Assembly: GCA_016880465.1 (NCBI GenBank) | Contig: JAEHDK010000738.1 | Coordinates: 1 to 48,929, forward strand | Origin: Micromonosporaceae bacterium | GTDB taxonomy: Bacteria; Actinomycetota; Actinomycetes; Mycobacteriales; Micromonosporaceae | DNA length: 48,929 nucleotides | Direction: 5' to 3' | Shown here: positions 32,431 to 39,269 of the stretch, piece by piece | Layout of the letters: each line of letters opens with the position of its first letter | How positions within the stretch are numbered: the first letter of the stretch is position 1 | Made by a program: the position numbers and the translations under genes | The notes under the pieces: model-generated | Database searches by the model: none | What the model saw: only the letters and a program-made list of their open reading frames with translations | Told to the model about the DNA's origin: nothing

Positions 32431-32712
32431 ATGGCCGATCATCCGATCGGCATGTCCCGCCGCGCCTGTCACCCTGCGACTGTGACCAATCCGCCGATCG
32501 TGCCCGGCCGCCCCGACGAGCCGTCCCCGCAGCAGTGGCCGGCCCAACCCCCGCCGGTGCAGTACGTGCCAGCCCCGCAGAGCGACGTGGTTGGCAGGTC
32601 CGTCGTGGGCACCATCACCGTCGTGGTCACCCTGGTGCTGATCTTCTGCATCCTGCCGATGTTCCTATGCGTCGGCTGCGGGACCATCGGCCAGATCATG
32701 AACAACCGCTGA
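32431..32712 (+). CDS. Pro-rich protein with C-terminal transmembrane anchor
   Basis: ATG 32431 (alternative in-frame ATG 32401). C-terminal VVGTITVVVTLVLIFCILPMFLCVGCG is hydrophobic. Confidence 0.5.
   Translation: MADHPIGMSRRACHPATVTNPPIVPGRPDEPSPQQWPAQPPPVQYVPAPQSDVVGRSVVGTITVVVTLVLIFCILPMFLCVGCGTIGQIMNNR
32434..32451. promoter_or_regulatory. Inverted repeat GCCGATC-ATCC-GATCGGC
   Basis: Shares the GCCGATC half-site with the palindrome at 31866-31881 and has the same spacing after the GTATCGAA site. Confidence 0.45.
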
Positions 32713-32814
32713 CGCGCCCGGGGATGATCGGCGGGGGTACCCGGGCCGGCTGCTGGAGTCGCAGCCGCTCGGCGACGGTCCAGATGATGCACCACAGGTC
32801 CAGCACGGTGATCC

Positions 32815-32919
32815 TCACGGCCAGTCCTCCCCGTCGTGCCAGCCGAAGCGGTCCATAACGCGGGCGATGTGCACCGCGGCGGCCAAGAGAACTGCGCCGA
32901 GGAAGCCGAGGACGATCAT
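32815..32919 (-). CDS. Small membrane peptide (34 aa; MIVLGFLGAVLLAAAVHIARVMDRFGWHDGEDWP)
   Basis: A strong RBS AGGAGGAGAC precedes ATG 32919. The 5' extension of track ORF 32815-33075 is rejected. Confidence 0.5.
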   Translation of the reverse strand: MIVLGFLGAVLLAAAVHIARVMDRFGWHDGEDWP

Positions 32920-33065
32920 GTCTCCTCCTGAGCCCCGGCCGGCAAGGGCGACCGGGGCTGCCAGGGTGGTGCCTGGGCCGGGCGCGGTTTTGAGGTAAGC
33001 CGACCGCGCCCGGCGTGGGGGATCATCCCGACTTGCCGAGTAGGGGCGATCCTGGTTGGTCAGGA

Positions 33066-33084
33066 TAGCGCACATAGTGCGCTA
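33066..33084. promoter_or_regulatory. Palindrome TAGCGCAC-ATA-GTGCGCTA (operator O1 upstream of GntR gene)
   Basis: Perfect 8+3+8 inverted repeat. Confidence 0.55.
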
Positions 33085-33094
33085 GCATCTAGGG

Positions 33095-33105
33095 GCACAT
33101 GGTGC
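33095..33105. promoter_or_regulatory. Core palindrome GCAC-ATG-GTGC (O2) abutting a TTGAAG -35-like hexamer
   Basis: Shares the GCACAT(A/G)GTGC core with O1. Centres are 25 bp apart. Confidence 0.4.
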
Positions 33106-33160
33106 TTGAAGCTGACAGGGGTAGGTGATCGAATTGGCGGGCCGAGTAGGGAGCACCGCC

Positions 33161-33388
33161 ATGCCGATCACGCCGCTGTACCAGCGCATCGCCGCCGACA
33201 TCCGCGCCCAGATCGAGTCGGGTGAGCTGCGTCCCGGCGACCGGCTGCCGTCGGCCACCGAGTTGCAGGCGAAGTACGGCTCCGGGTCGACCGCGGTGCG
33301 CAACGCCATGCTCGTCCTCCGGGCCGAGGGGCTCGTCGAAGGTCACCAGGGACGGGGGGTCTACGTTGCTCGACGATCTGAAGAGTGA
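33161..33388 (+). CDS. GntR-family winged-HTH protein, DNA-binding domain only (75 aa)
   Basis: PLYQRIAADIRAQIESGELRPGDRLPSATELQAKYGSGSTAVRNAMLVLRAEGLVEGHQGRGVYV is a textbook GntR N-terminal domain. ATG 33161 follows GGGAG. Confidence 0.85.
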   Translation: MPITPLYQRIAADIRAQIESGELRPGDRLPSATELQAKYGSGSTAVRNAMLVLRAEGLVEGHQGRGVYVARRSEE

Positions 33389-33665
33389 CGGGACGTTCTG
33401 GGGAACGGTGCGCGGTGGCTACGTCGACAGTTGCTGGGTTCGTGGATCCAGCTCGAAGTACAGCCAATGGTGGGACCGCCGGCGAGGCCGTCTCACCGGT
33501 GCTCACAGGTATGCCTACGAACTGATGCGCGCCCCGGTCCCCGACGGGCTGGAGCTTGATCACCTTTGTGACAATCCGCCATGTGTGAACCCCTGGCATC
33601 TTGAACCAGTCACTCACCAGGAGAACATGCGGCGCGCTGCGGCTCGTCGCCATTCGCGCACCTAG
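33366..33665 (+). CDS. Small HNH endonuclease
   Basis: LDHLCDNPPCVNPWHLEPVTHQENM is the HNH_3-type motif. The TTG 33366 start is tentative and overlaps the GntR 3' end. Confidence 0.75.
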   Translation: MLDDLKSDGTFWGTVRGGYVDSCWVRGSSSKYSQWWDRRRGRLTGAHRYAYELMRAPVPDGLELDHLCDNPPCVNPWHLEPVTHQENMRRAAARRHSRT

Positions 33666-33670
33666 TGCGC
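33656..33670. promoter_or_regulatory. Palindrome GCGCAC-CTA-GTGCGC (O3), spanning the HNH stop codon
   Basis: Same half-sites as O1. The central CTA contributes to the TAG stop at 33663-33665. Confidence 0.5.
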
Positions 33671-33743
33671 CACCTGTCCGGCTGGCGAGAAAGGGACCCG
33701 AAGTCCGTGCGGACGACGAGTCCCTGCCTCATCATGTTCTGAA

Positions 33744-33772
33744 GCCCGAGCCGGTCACAACCCGGCTCGGGC
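33744..33772. terminator. 11-bp perfect hairpin at the integrase 3' end
   Basis: GCCCGAGCCGG-TCACAAC-CCGGCTCGGGC. The int stop codon (TCA on the plus strand) sits in the loop. Confidence 0.5.
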
Positions 33773-34654
33773 CCCCGTGTCTGGCACCGGCAGCGCGAGC
33801 ACGGCAGCGCGGCGTTGATGGCCGGTCACCTGCGTGTATCCCTGGGTGCTGGTGACGTTCTTGTGCCGCAGGCACTCCTGGGTGACCCGCAGGTCCCCCA
33901 CGGTGGCCTGGATCAGCGTCCCGTACCGATGCCGGAGCCGGTGCAGGTGCACTGTATGCAACCCCAGCCGGTCGAGGTGGTACCTGGCCGTCTGGGTGAT
34001 CCAGTGCCCGTCGACCGGTTGTCCCCTGCGGTTGGTCACGAGCGGGCCGGGTGACCGGTTCACCACCAGCGCCCAGACGATCGGGTGGGTCGGTACGACA
34101 CCCGGTTGGTCACCCTTGCCCGAGGGGATCAGGATCGTCTCAGCCGTGATGTGCTCGCGCATGCAGGCCGCGATCTCCGATACCCGCATGCCCGCGTACC
34201 CGGCGAGGGTGGCCGCGGTGCGCAGCGGTTCCGGTAGGGCGTCGAGCATGGCCGCCAGCTCCTCCTCGGTGACCGGTTTCGGTAGGCACCTCGGGGCCTT
34301 CGGCTGGGGGATGGAGGCGGTGGGGTCTCCGTCGAGAAACCCGGCGGAGGTGGCCCACTGGTAGAAGGCCCGGATGTGGTAGGCGTACACGGACAGTGTC
34401 CAGCGGGACCGACCCAAGGTGCGGAGGTCGGACAGCCACGCCTCGATCTGCTCGGTGGCGGCGAACGCGAGGCCGAAGGGCAGCCATCCGTTGAGCCGGC
34501 CGAGCACGTTGACGCGTGCCTCGATGGTGCGTCTGCTCTTGCCTCCCGCCCGTAGGTGCCGGGCGTGGAGGTCCAACAACTGATCACTCATCCGCAGATC
34601 TTCGTGACGTCGGGTCACTACGGGCAACCCCTCTCCAGTCTGTGATGGCTCCAC
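33755..34654 (-). CDS. int: Tyrosine integrase (XerC/D-like, 299 aa)
   Basis: GMRVSEIAA (Arg I), HLHRLRHRYGT (HxxR) and LRHKNVTSTQGYTQV (His..Tyr). The start overlaps the repressor stop by 1 nt. Alternative start is ATG 34591. Confidence 0.9.
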   Translation of the reverse strand: MEPSQTGEGLPVVTRRHEDLRMSDQLLDLHARHLRAGGKSRRTIEARVNVLGRLNGWLPFGLAFAATEQIEAWLSDLRTLGRSRWTLSVYAYHIRAFYQWATSAGFLDGDPTASIPQPKAPRCLPKPVTEEELAAMLDALPEPLRTAATLAGYAGMRVSEIAACMREHITAETILIPSGKGDQPGVVPTHPIVWALVVNRSPGPLVTNRRGQPVDGHWITQTARYHLDRLGLHTVHLHRLRHRYGTLIQATVGDLRVTQECLRHKNVTSTQGYTQVTGHQRRAAVLALPVPDTGARAGL

Positions 34655-35091
34655 TACACGGCGACAGGTGTGTGTGGACGTACGAACGCGCCGACAACCG
34701 GACGGGTCTCACGCACCGATCGGGTCCTGGTGGGATGAGGTGCCGGTGGGCCGTTCGTGTGATGGCTCAGGTAGTCGCCGATTGTGCCGAGGACGCGTGT
34801 CCCGACATAAGCACTCCTACGTATCGAACCACCTCTTTCCGGCCCGTGGACCAGCCACAGATAGTCGCAGCCGGTGCGGCTCGCGATGGCCATCGCGATC
34901 GTTGTGAGCCGGTGCGGCTCGCGGCCCTGGATCTCCCAGCCTCGCCACGACTGCGCAGGTACGCCGCAAGCTGCTGCGGCTTCCTTGATGTTCCAGCCCA
35001 TGCGGTGGCGCACGAGGGCCAGCCGTGCGCTGAAGGACAACTCCGGCACCCAGGCTTCTGTCTCCTGGTGCGTGGTGTCGGTGATGGTCAT
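34654..35091 (-). CDS. XRE/Cro-CI-type HTH immunity repressor candidate
   Basis: LSFSARLALVRHRMGWNIKEAAAACGVPAQSWRGWEIQGREP is an HTH_3-like segment. ATG 35091 lies 6 nt after a TACTAT -10 element. The upstream part of the track ORF (to 35190) is rejected. Confidence 0.75.
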   Translation of the reverse strand: MTITDTTHQETEAWVPELSFSARLALVRHRMGWNIKEAAAACGVPAQSWRGWEIQGREPHRLTTIAMAIASRTGCDYLWLVHGPERGGSIRRSAYVGTRVLGTIGDYLSHHTNGPPAPHPTRTRSVRETRPVVGAFVRPHTPVAV

Positions 35092-35097
35092 ATGGAC

Positions 35098-35125
35098 ATA
35101 GTAGGTGTCTGCGCGCGTTAAGCAA
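35098..35125 (-). promoter_or_regulatory. Leftward promoter candidate (TTGCTT-N16-TACTAT), leaderless repressor mRNA
   Basis: On the minus strand the -10 TACTAT ends 6 nt before the repressor ATG. Confidence 0.45.
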
Positions 35126-35147
35126 TACATCGCGCGAACTGTAGTCC

Positions 35148-35177
35148 TTGACACCACAGGGCGTGACGTTTTACGGT
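35148..35177 (+). promoter_or_regulatory. Rightward early promoter candidate (TTGACA-N18-TACGGT), leaderless
   Basis: Consensus -35 and a TANNNT-type -10 that ends 7 nt before ATG 35185. Confidence 0.45.
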
Positions 35178-35184
35178 GGCGTCC

Positions 35185-35382
35185 ATGCAACCTGAGGTAG
35201 TGCTACTCACTACTGCCGAGCTTGCCGAGCAGTTCCGCGTTCACCCCTCGACCATCCGTCGATGGATTGAGGACGGCCGCATCTCGGCGATCACCCTGCC
35301 GGGCGGACTCAAGCGCTACCGCAAGTCCGAGGTCGAGGCGATCCTCGCCGGTGAGCACCGGTCCCCGGCCGGTGCGGCGTGA
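35185..35382 (+). CDS. Excisionase/MerR-type HTH (HTH_17) protein; Cro- or Xis-like first early gene
   Basis: LLTTAELAEQFRVHPSTIRRWIEDGRISAITLPGGLKRYRKSEVEAIL. Alternative start is GTG 35176. Confidence 0.75.
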   Translation: MQPEVVLLTTAELAEQFRVHPSTIRRWIEDGRISAITLPGGLKRYRKSEVEAILAGEHRSPAGAA

Positions 35383-35537
35383 ACGCCCGAGGTACCCGGC
35401 GGCCACATGTGCGCCGCGTCTACAAGAAGCCCCGCAGGGCCAGCGGCGCCGGCAAGGGCTGCGGCGTCCTGCTGCTCGCTGTCGCTGCCCTGCCCGCCAC
35501 CCTCACTGCTGACGCGCTCTGGAGGTGGTTGTCGTGA
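35379..35537 (+). CDS. Small membrane peptide (52 aa)
   Basis: GTGA overlap. GCGVLLLAVAALPATL is hydrophobic. Below the track cutoff. Confidence 0.35.
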   Translation: MNARGTRRPHVRRVYKKPRRASGAGKGCGVLLLAVAALPATLTADALWRWLS

Positions 35538-35704
35538 TCGTCGAGTCATGGACCCACGGACGTAGCGCGTACATCTCCCGCGGTTGCCGCTGTTCACGCT
35601 GCCGCGCCGGGAATGCCGATTATCAGCGGCGGTACGTCGAACCCTGGCGGCGCAGGCGCGAATACGACCGCGCCCAGTACCGCGCCCGGAGGAGGTCGGC
35701 ATGA
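35534..35704 (+). CDS. Small Cys-rich protein (56 aa) with HGRSAY..GCRCSRCRAGNADYQRRY motif
   Basis: GTGA and ATGA overlaps at both ends. The motif recurs at the C-terminus of 43582-43884. Confidence 0.45.
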   Translation: MIVESWTHGRSAYISRGCRCSRCRAGNADYQRRYVEPWRRRREYDRAQYRARRRSA

Positions 35705-35925
35705 CGCTGCATCGCAACCTCATCGAGGGCGGCAACGTGGTCGTCACCTGGGGCGCGCGCGACATCGGCATCCCGGCCAGCCGGCCCCTGCTGCGGCCCT
35801 GCCCCCGATGTGGCGCCCAACCCGGCCACGCATGCAAGCCGCTGCGCCGCCGGCCCGGCTACCTGGCCACGCTCAGCCTGGCCGAGCCGCACCAGGAACG
35901 GCGCCAGCACCGGGAGGCGACGTGA
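35701..35925 (+). CDS. Hypothetical protein with CPRCG..HAC zinc-ribbon-like motif
   Basis: ATG 35701 follows GGAGGAGG. Confidence 0.55.
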   Translation: MTLHRNLIEGGNVVVTWGARDIGIPASRPLLRPCPRCGAQPGHACKPLRRRPGYLATLSLAEPHQERRQHREAT

Positions 35926-36227
35926 TCTCCCATCCGGGGCGTTGCATCGGGCCCGTCCCGGGGTGGTGAAGGACCGGGCCGGCCACTGGTCTTCCCTCGG
36001 TGGCCGTTCCGGCAACAACTGGATAGCTCCCCGCCGTGACCTTCTGAGGGATGGGCGATCGGCGGGAAGCGCGGCGTTCCCGGTGTCGCGGCTGTGTCCA
36101 GATCCGCAGCCGCAGGACCGTACCCGGCGAGCTGAGGCCAGCGGTCCCGCCGGGGACGCCGCACCAAAGGAACGCGGTCCGCACCGAGTGGACGGAGCGG
36201 ACCGCAGAAGACCAGGAAGGTTGGTCC

Positions 36228-36878
36228 ATGAACAGCATACGCAACACGACCGATGACATGAGCGATCCCGCCAACGCACTCGCCTTCCTTGCCGAGGGCA
36301 TGCTAAACGGCGGCGACCCAGGACCGTCCATCGAGCGCATGGAGGCCGACGGCCAGCGGCAGTTGGTGAACTCTGACCGGCTGCCCACGCAAATCCTCCA
36401 CGGCGCGGACAACGACGAGCCGTTCCTCGCCCTCGGGTTCACCTTCGGCGAGCCCGACAAGGGCGACCCGATGTTCCGCCCGGCCACGTTGCCCGAAGGC
36501 TGGAAGCGCGAGGCATCCGACCACGCCATGTGGTCCCACCTTGTCGACGAGTACGGCCGGCGGAGAGTGGCCATTTTCTACAAGGCCGCCTTCTACGACC
36601 GCAGTGCCTTCATGTCGCTGGAGACCCACCACAGCTACCTGTTCCATCTCCTGTACGAGAACCAGGATCCCGTGCTCGACGACGTCTGGCTTACCGCCGA
36701 TGCGGCTATCGAGGAACTGGATCGGATCGCGGCCGGATTCGAGGATCAGGCAGCCAAGGCTGAGGGGTTCGGTGCCAAGTCGCCGGAAGACAGCTACTGG
36801 ACTGAGCGGGCGGCCGAGCAACGGACTCGGAAGGCCGAGGCGTTGGCCATGCGGGCGCGGATCGGCGGTTCGTCATGA
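36228..36878 (+). CDS. Hypothetical protein (216 aa)
   Basis: ATG 36228 follows GGAAGG. In-frame ATG 36051 would add an Arg-rich 59-aa extension, which is uncertain. Confidence 0.65.
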   Translation: MNSIRNTTDDMSDPANALAFLAEGMLNGGDPGPSIERMEADGQRQLVNSDRLPTQILHGADNDEPFLALGFTFGEPDKGDPMFRPATLPEGWKREASDHAMWSHLVDEYGRRRVAIFYKAAFYDRSAFMSLETHHSYLFHLLYENQDPVLDDVWLTADAAIEELDRIAAGFEDQAAKAEGFGAKSPEDSYWTERAAEQRTRKAEALAMRARIGGSS

Positions 36879-37054
36879 CCGCCCCTACTCCCCGCTGTCG
36901 GTGGTGCGGCAAGCTCGAGCCTGTCTGCCCCGACCAGTGGGGCCACGAACGGCTGCACGCCCAGTCCGAGACCCACTGGAGGGAAGTCGCCGAGCGCCGC
37001 ATGGTGTCGGCCATCTTGACGCCGGACAGCCCGGATGCGGAGGTGCCACGGTGA
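36875..37054 (+). CDS. Small Cys/His protein (59 aa)
   Basis: ATGA overlap upstream and GTGA overlap downstream. CRWCGKLEPVCPDQWGHERLH. Confidence 0.45.
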   Translation: MTAPTPRCRWCGKLEPVCPDQWGHERLHAQSETHWREVAERRMVSAILTPDSPDAEVPR

Positions 37055-37620
37055 GGTACCGGCTGCCAGAAGTCCTCGGTGGCGGGGAGTGCGTCATCGT
37101 CGAGGTCAATCCCGCGCTGACGTTGATGGGCAAGCCCGCGCACGTGGTCCGTACGCCACCGCCGCAGACCCTCGACGATGGTTTTGACTACGTGGTCGTC
37201 CAGCGGGACGCACTGATCGAGATGGAGGACCCGCTACCACCGGAGCCGCCGGTTGGAGCCGTTGTCCTCGACCGCGACGGCCATGCGTGGCAGCGCGGGC
37301 TCCCTGGACGCGGGAACTGGTGCTGCACCGAGGGCGCCCACGCCGAGGACGAATGGATGGTCCTCGTCCTTGACTACGGCCCGCTCACCCGGTTGGTACC
37401 TGACCCGGCGGTAGGCGTAGAGCTGCCGTGGCGCTGGTACGACGGGCGAGAGGACGGCTCGCAGATCTTCGTCGAACGCAACGGTACGGTCCGAGATCGC
37501 GTGATGGTCGGAGATCACCGCGACGAGAGCGTCTTCCTGTCGCCCGCGGTGGCCCGCGCCAAGGCTGCTGCTCTGCTGGCTGCTGCTGACGCCGCCGAGG
37601 CGGTGCGCGATGAGCCGTGA
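37051..37620 (+). CDS. Hypothetical protein (189 aa)
   Basis: GTG 37051. This is the coding-looking distal part of track ORF 36541-37620. Confidence 0.6.
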   Translation: MRYRLPEVLGGGECVIVEVNPALTLMGKPAHVVRTPPPQTLDDGFDYVVVQRDALIEMEDPLPPEPPVGAVVLDRDGHAWQRGLPGRGNWCCTEGAHAEDEWMVLVLDYGPLTRLVPDPAVGVELPWRWYDGREDGSQIFVERNGTVRDRVMVGDHRDESVFLSPAVARAKAAALLAAADAAEAVRDEP

Positions 37621-37867
37621 ACCCACCGCTGCCGAACTCGACATCGGCGATGTGCTGCATGACGCGGTACGCCTGCAGGTGGCCGGTGACATTCGCCGTG
37701 CCAGCCTGATGGCCATCCCGGCAGCCAAACGGAACCCGATCCTGACCGCCAGCATCCTCGCCGCGAAGTGCGCCTACGCCGTGCACCAGTACGCCGCGGT
37801 GCTTGGCATCGACCCGCTGGCCGCCTACGACCTGCTGTGGACCAAGCCTGAGCGAGGTGCGTCATGA
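37610..37867 (+). CDS. Hypothetical protein (85 aa)
   Basis: Track ORF. 11-nt overlap upstream and ATGA overlap downstream. Confidence 0.55.
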   Translation: MSREPTAAELDIGDVLHDAVRLQVAGDIRRASLMAIPAAKRNPILTASILAAKCAYAVHQYAAVLGIDPLAAYDLLWTKPERGAS

Positions 37868-38040
37868 GCCGCAACCGGTACGACGACCACGACTACTCGC
37901 CGGACGCTGACGAGAACGAGTACCGCAGTTGGGCGCAGGATGGCGGTGCCTACGTCGATGTCGCTGGCAACGTCATCTGGCCGGACCAACCCGGCCACCC
38001 CGACTACAGCCGGGCCGCCGAGGTGCGCGATGCGGATTGA
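37864..38040 (+). CDS. Small acidic protein (58 aa)
   Basis: ATGA overlap. Below the track cutoff. Confidence 0.4.
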   Translation: MSRNRYDDHDYSPDADENEYRSWAQDGGAYVDVAGNVIWPDQPGHPDYSRAAEVRDAD

Positions 38041-38230
38041 CCCCGACGTGATCACCTTCGCCGCGGTCTGCGGGCTGATCTTCATCGGCGCGCTCCTGTG
38101 TGTCGCCCTGTCGTCTGCCCTGCGCGGGTGGGAGCGGGCCGAACGTCGGGCGCGGACGGCTGAGCGGCTGCTGAACTACCGGCAGCCGCAGGCGATGGCC
38201 CAGCTGCAACGAGAGGCGGTGCGGAGGTGA
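38030..38230 (+). CDS. Small membrane protein (66 aa)
   Basis: ATG 38030. ITFAAVCGLIFIGALLCVALSSAL is a TM segment. Confidence 0.5.
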   Translation: MRIDPDVITFAAVCGLIFIGALLCVALSSALRGWERAERRARTAERLLNYRQPQAMAQLQREAVRR

Positions 38231-38961
38231 CGCCGTACTTCGCCGACGAGTGGGTGACGTTGTATCACGGGGATGCGCTCGCGGTCATGGCGAACCTGCC
38301 CGAGCGAAGCGTCGACACCGTCCTCACCGACCCGCCGTATTCGTCAGGAGGCCGCCGCGAGAACTCTCGTACGGTCCGGCATTCCATGACCCGCCGCGTA
38401 GCTGACGACGACTGGATCCGAGGCGATGCGATGAGCACGCAGGGCTACGTCTGGTTCAACCGGCTCGCCGCTCTGGAATACCGCCGACTGCTGGTTCCTG
38501 GTGGACACGCCTTCTCCTTCGCCGACTGGCGGATGGCTCCGCTCCTGTCGGCCGCATTCGAAACTGCCGACCTTCGGATCCACCCCACGATCGTCTGGGA
38601 CAAGACCTACTTCGGCATGGGTGCGATCTTCCGCAACCAGCACGAGTTCATCGTCCATGGCTCGGCCGGGAACCCCCGACCACCCCAGCGCCGTGACGTC
38701 GGCAACGTCATCGCCTGCAAGCCAATCGACGACGATCGTCACCCAAGCCGCAAGCCGGTCGGCGTGCTCGACGTACTCATCACCACCGTCGCCAGTCCGG
38801 GTGGCGCCGTGCTGGACTGCATGGCCGGGTCTGGCTCGACGGCTGAGGCCGCGCGCATGTCCGGACGTACGGCCGTACTCATCGAGGCTGACGAGCGGTA
38901 CTGCGAACTCATCGCCCGCCGCATGTCGCAAGGCGTGCTGGCAATGGACGGTGCGTCGTGA
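38227..38961 (+). CDS. DNA methyltransferase (N6-A/N4-C, beta class; DPPY)
   Basis: VLTDPPYSSGG (motif IV) precedes VLDCMAGSGSTAEAA (motif I). Confidence 0.85.
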   Translation: MTPYFADEWVTLYHGDALAVMANLPERSVDTVLTDPPYSSGGRRENSRTVRHSMTRRVADDDWIRGDAMSTQGYVWFNRLAALEYRRLLVPGGHAFSFADWRMAPLLSAAFETADLRIHPTIVWDKTYFGMGAIFRNQHEFIVHGSAGNPRPPQRRDVGNVIACKPIDDDRHPSRKPVGVLDVLITTVASPGGAVLDCMAGSGSTAEAARMSGRTAVLIEADERYCELIARRMSQGVLAMDGAS

Positions 38962-39269
38962 GCGACACCGAGGGCATGGTGCGGATCATGGAACACGCCA
39001 GCGAAATGCTGCGGGTGCGCATTGAGACGACCGCTGGTAAGAACCTCGACCACGAGGTCAGGGCATCAGACGTGAAGAACGTCGCCGCCATGGCGCAGGC
39101 GCGCGCGGTGCTCCAACTCGTCGCCGCCTCGGTGGCACCGGAGGGCCGAACCCTGGCCGACCGGTTGCGCAAGGAGTACGACGACTGGGCGGCGGCCAAC
39201 GATGGCATGGTCATGACCGATGGCGAGTTGGCCTCGGTGGCCCGGTTCCTCACCGGCGGTGCGTCATGA
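38958..39269 (+). CDS. Hypothetical protein (103 aa)
   Basis: GTGA overlap. Track ORF. Confidence 0.55.
   Translation: MSDTEGMVRIMEHASEMLRVRIETTAGKNLDHEVRASDVKNVAAMAQARAVLQLVAASVAPEGRTLADRLRKEYDDWAAANDGMVMTDGELASVARFLTGGAS

Noticed and set aside
34654-35091. Integration-dependent immunity, with attP inside the repressor gene.
   Set aside because: The rep-int operon architecture fits. However, I could find no tRNA-like or other recognisable core inside the repressor ORF, and a clean tRNA 3' fragment exists at 31535-31560. The idea is kept only as a testable alternative.
36541-37050. N-terminal part of the 359-aa track ORF 36541-37620.
   Set aside because: It overlaps 36228-36878 out of frame. 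The region resolves into three coupled genes (36228-36878, 36875-37054, 37051-37620) with ATGA/GTGA junctions.
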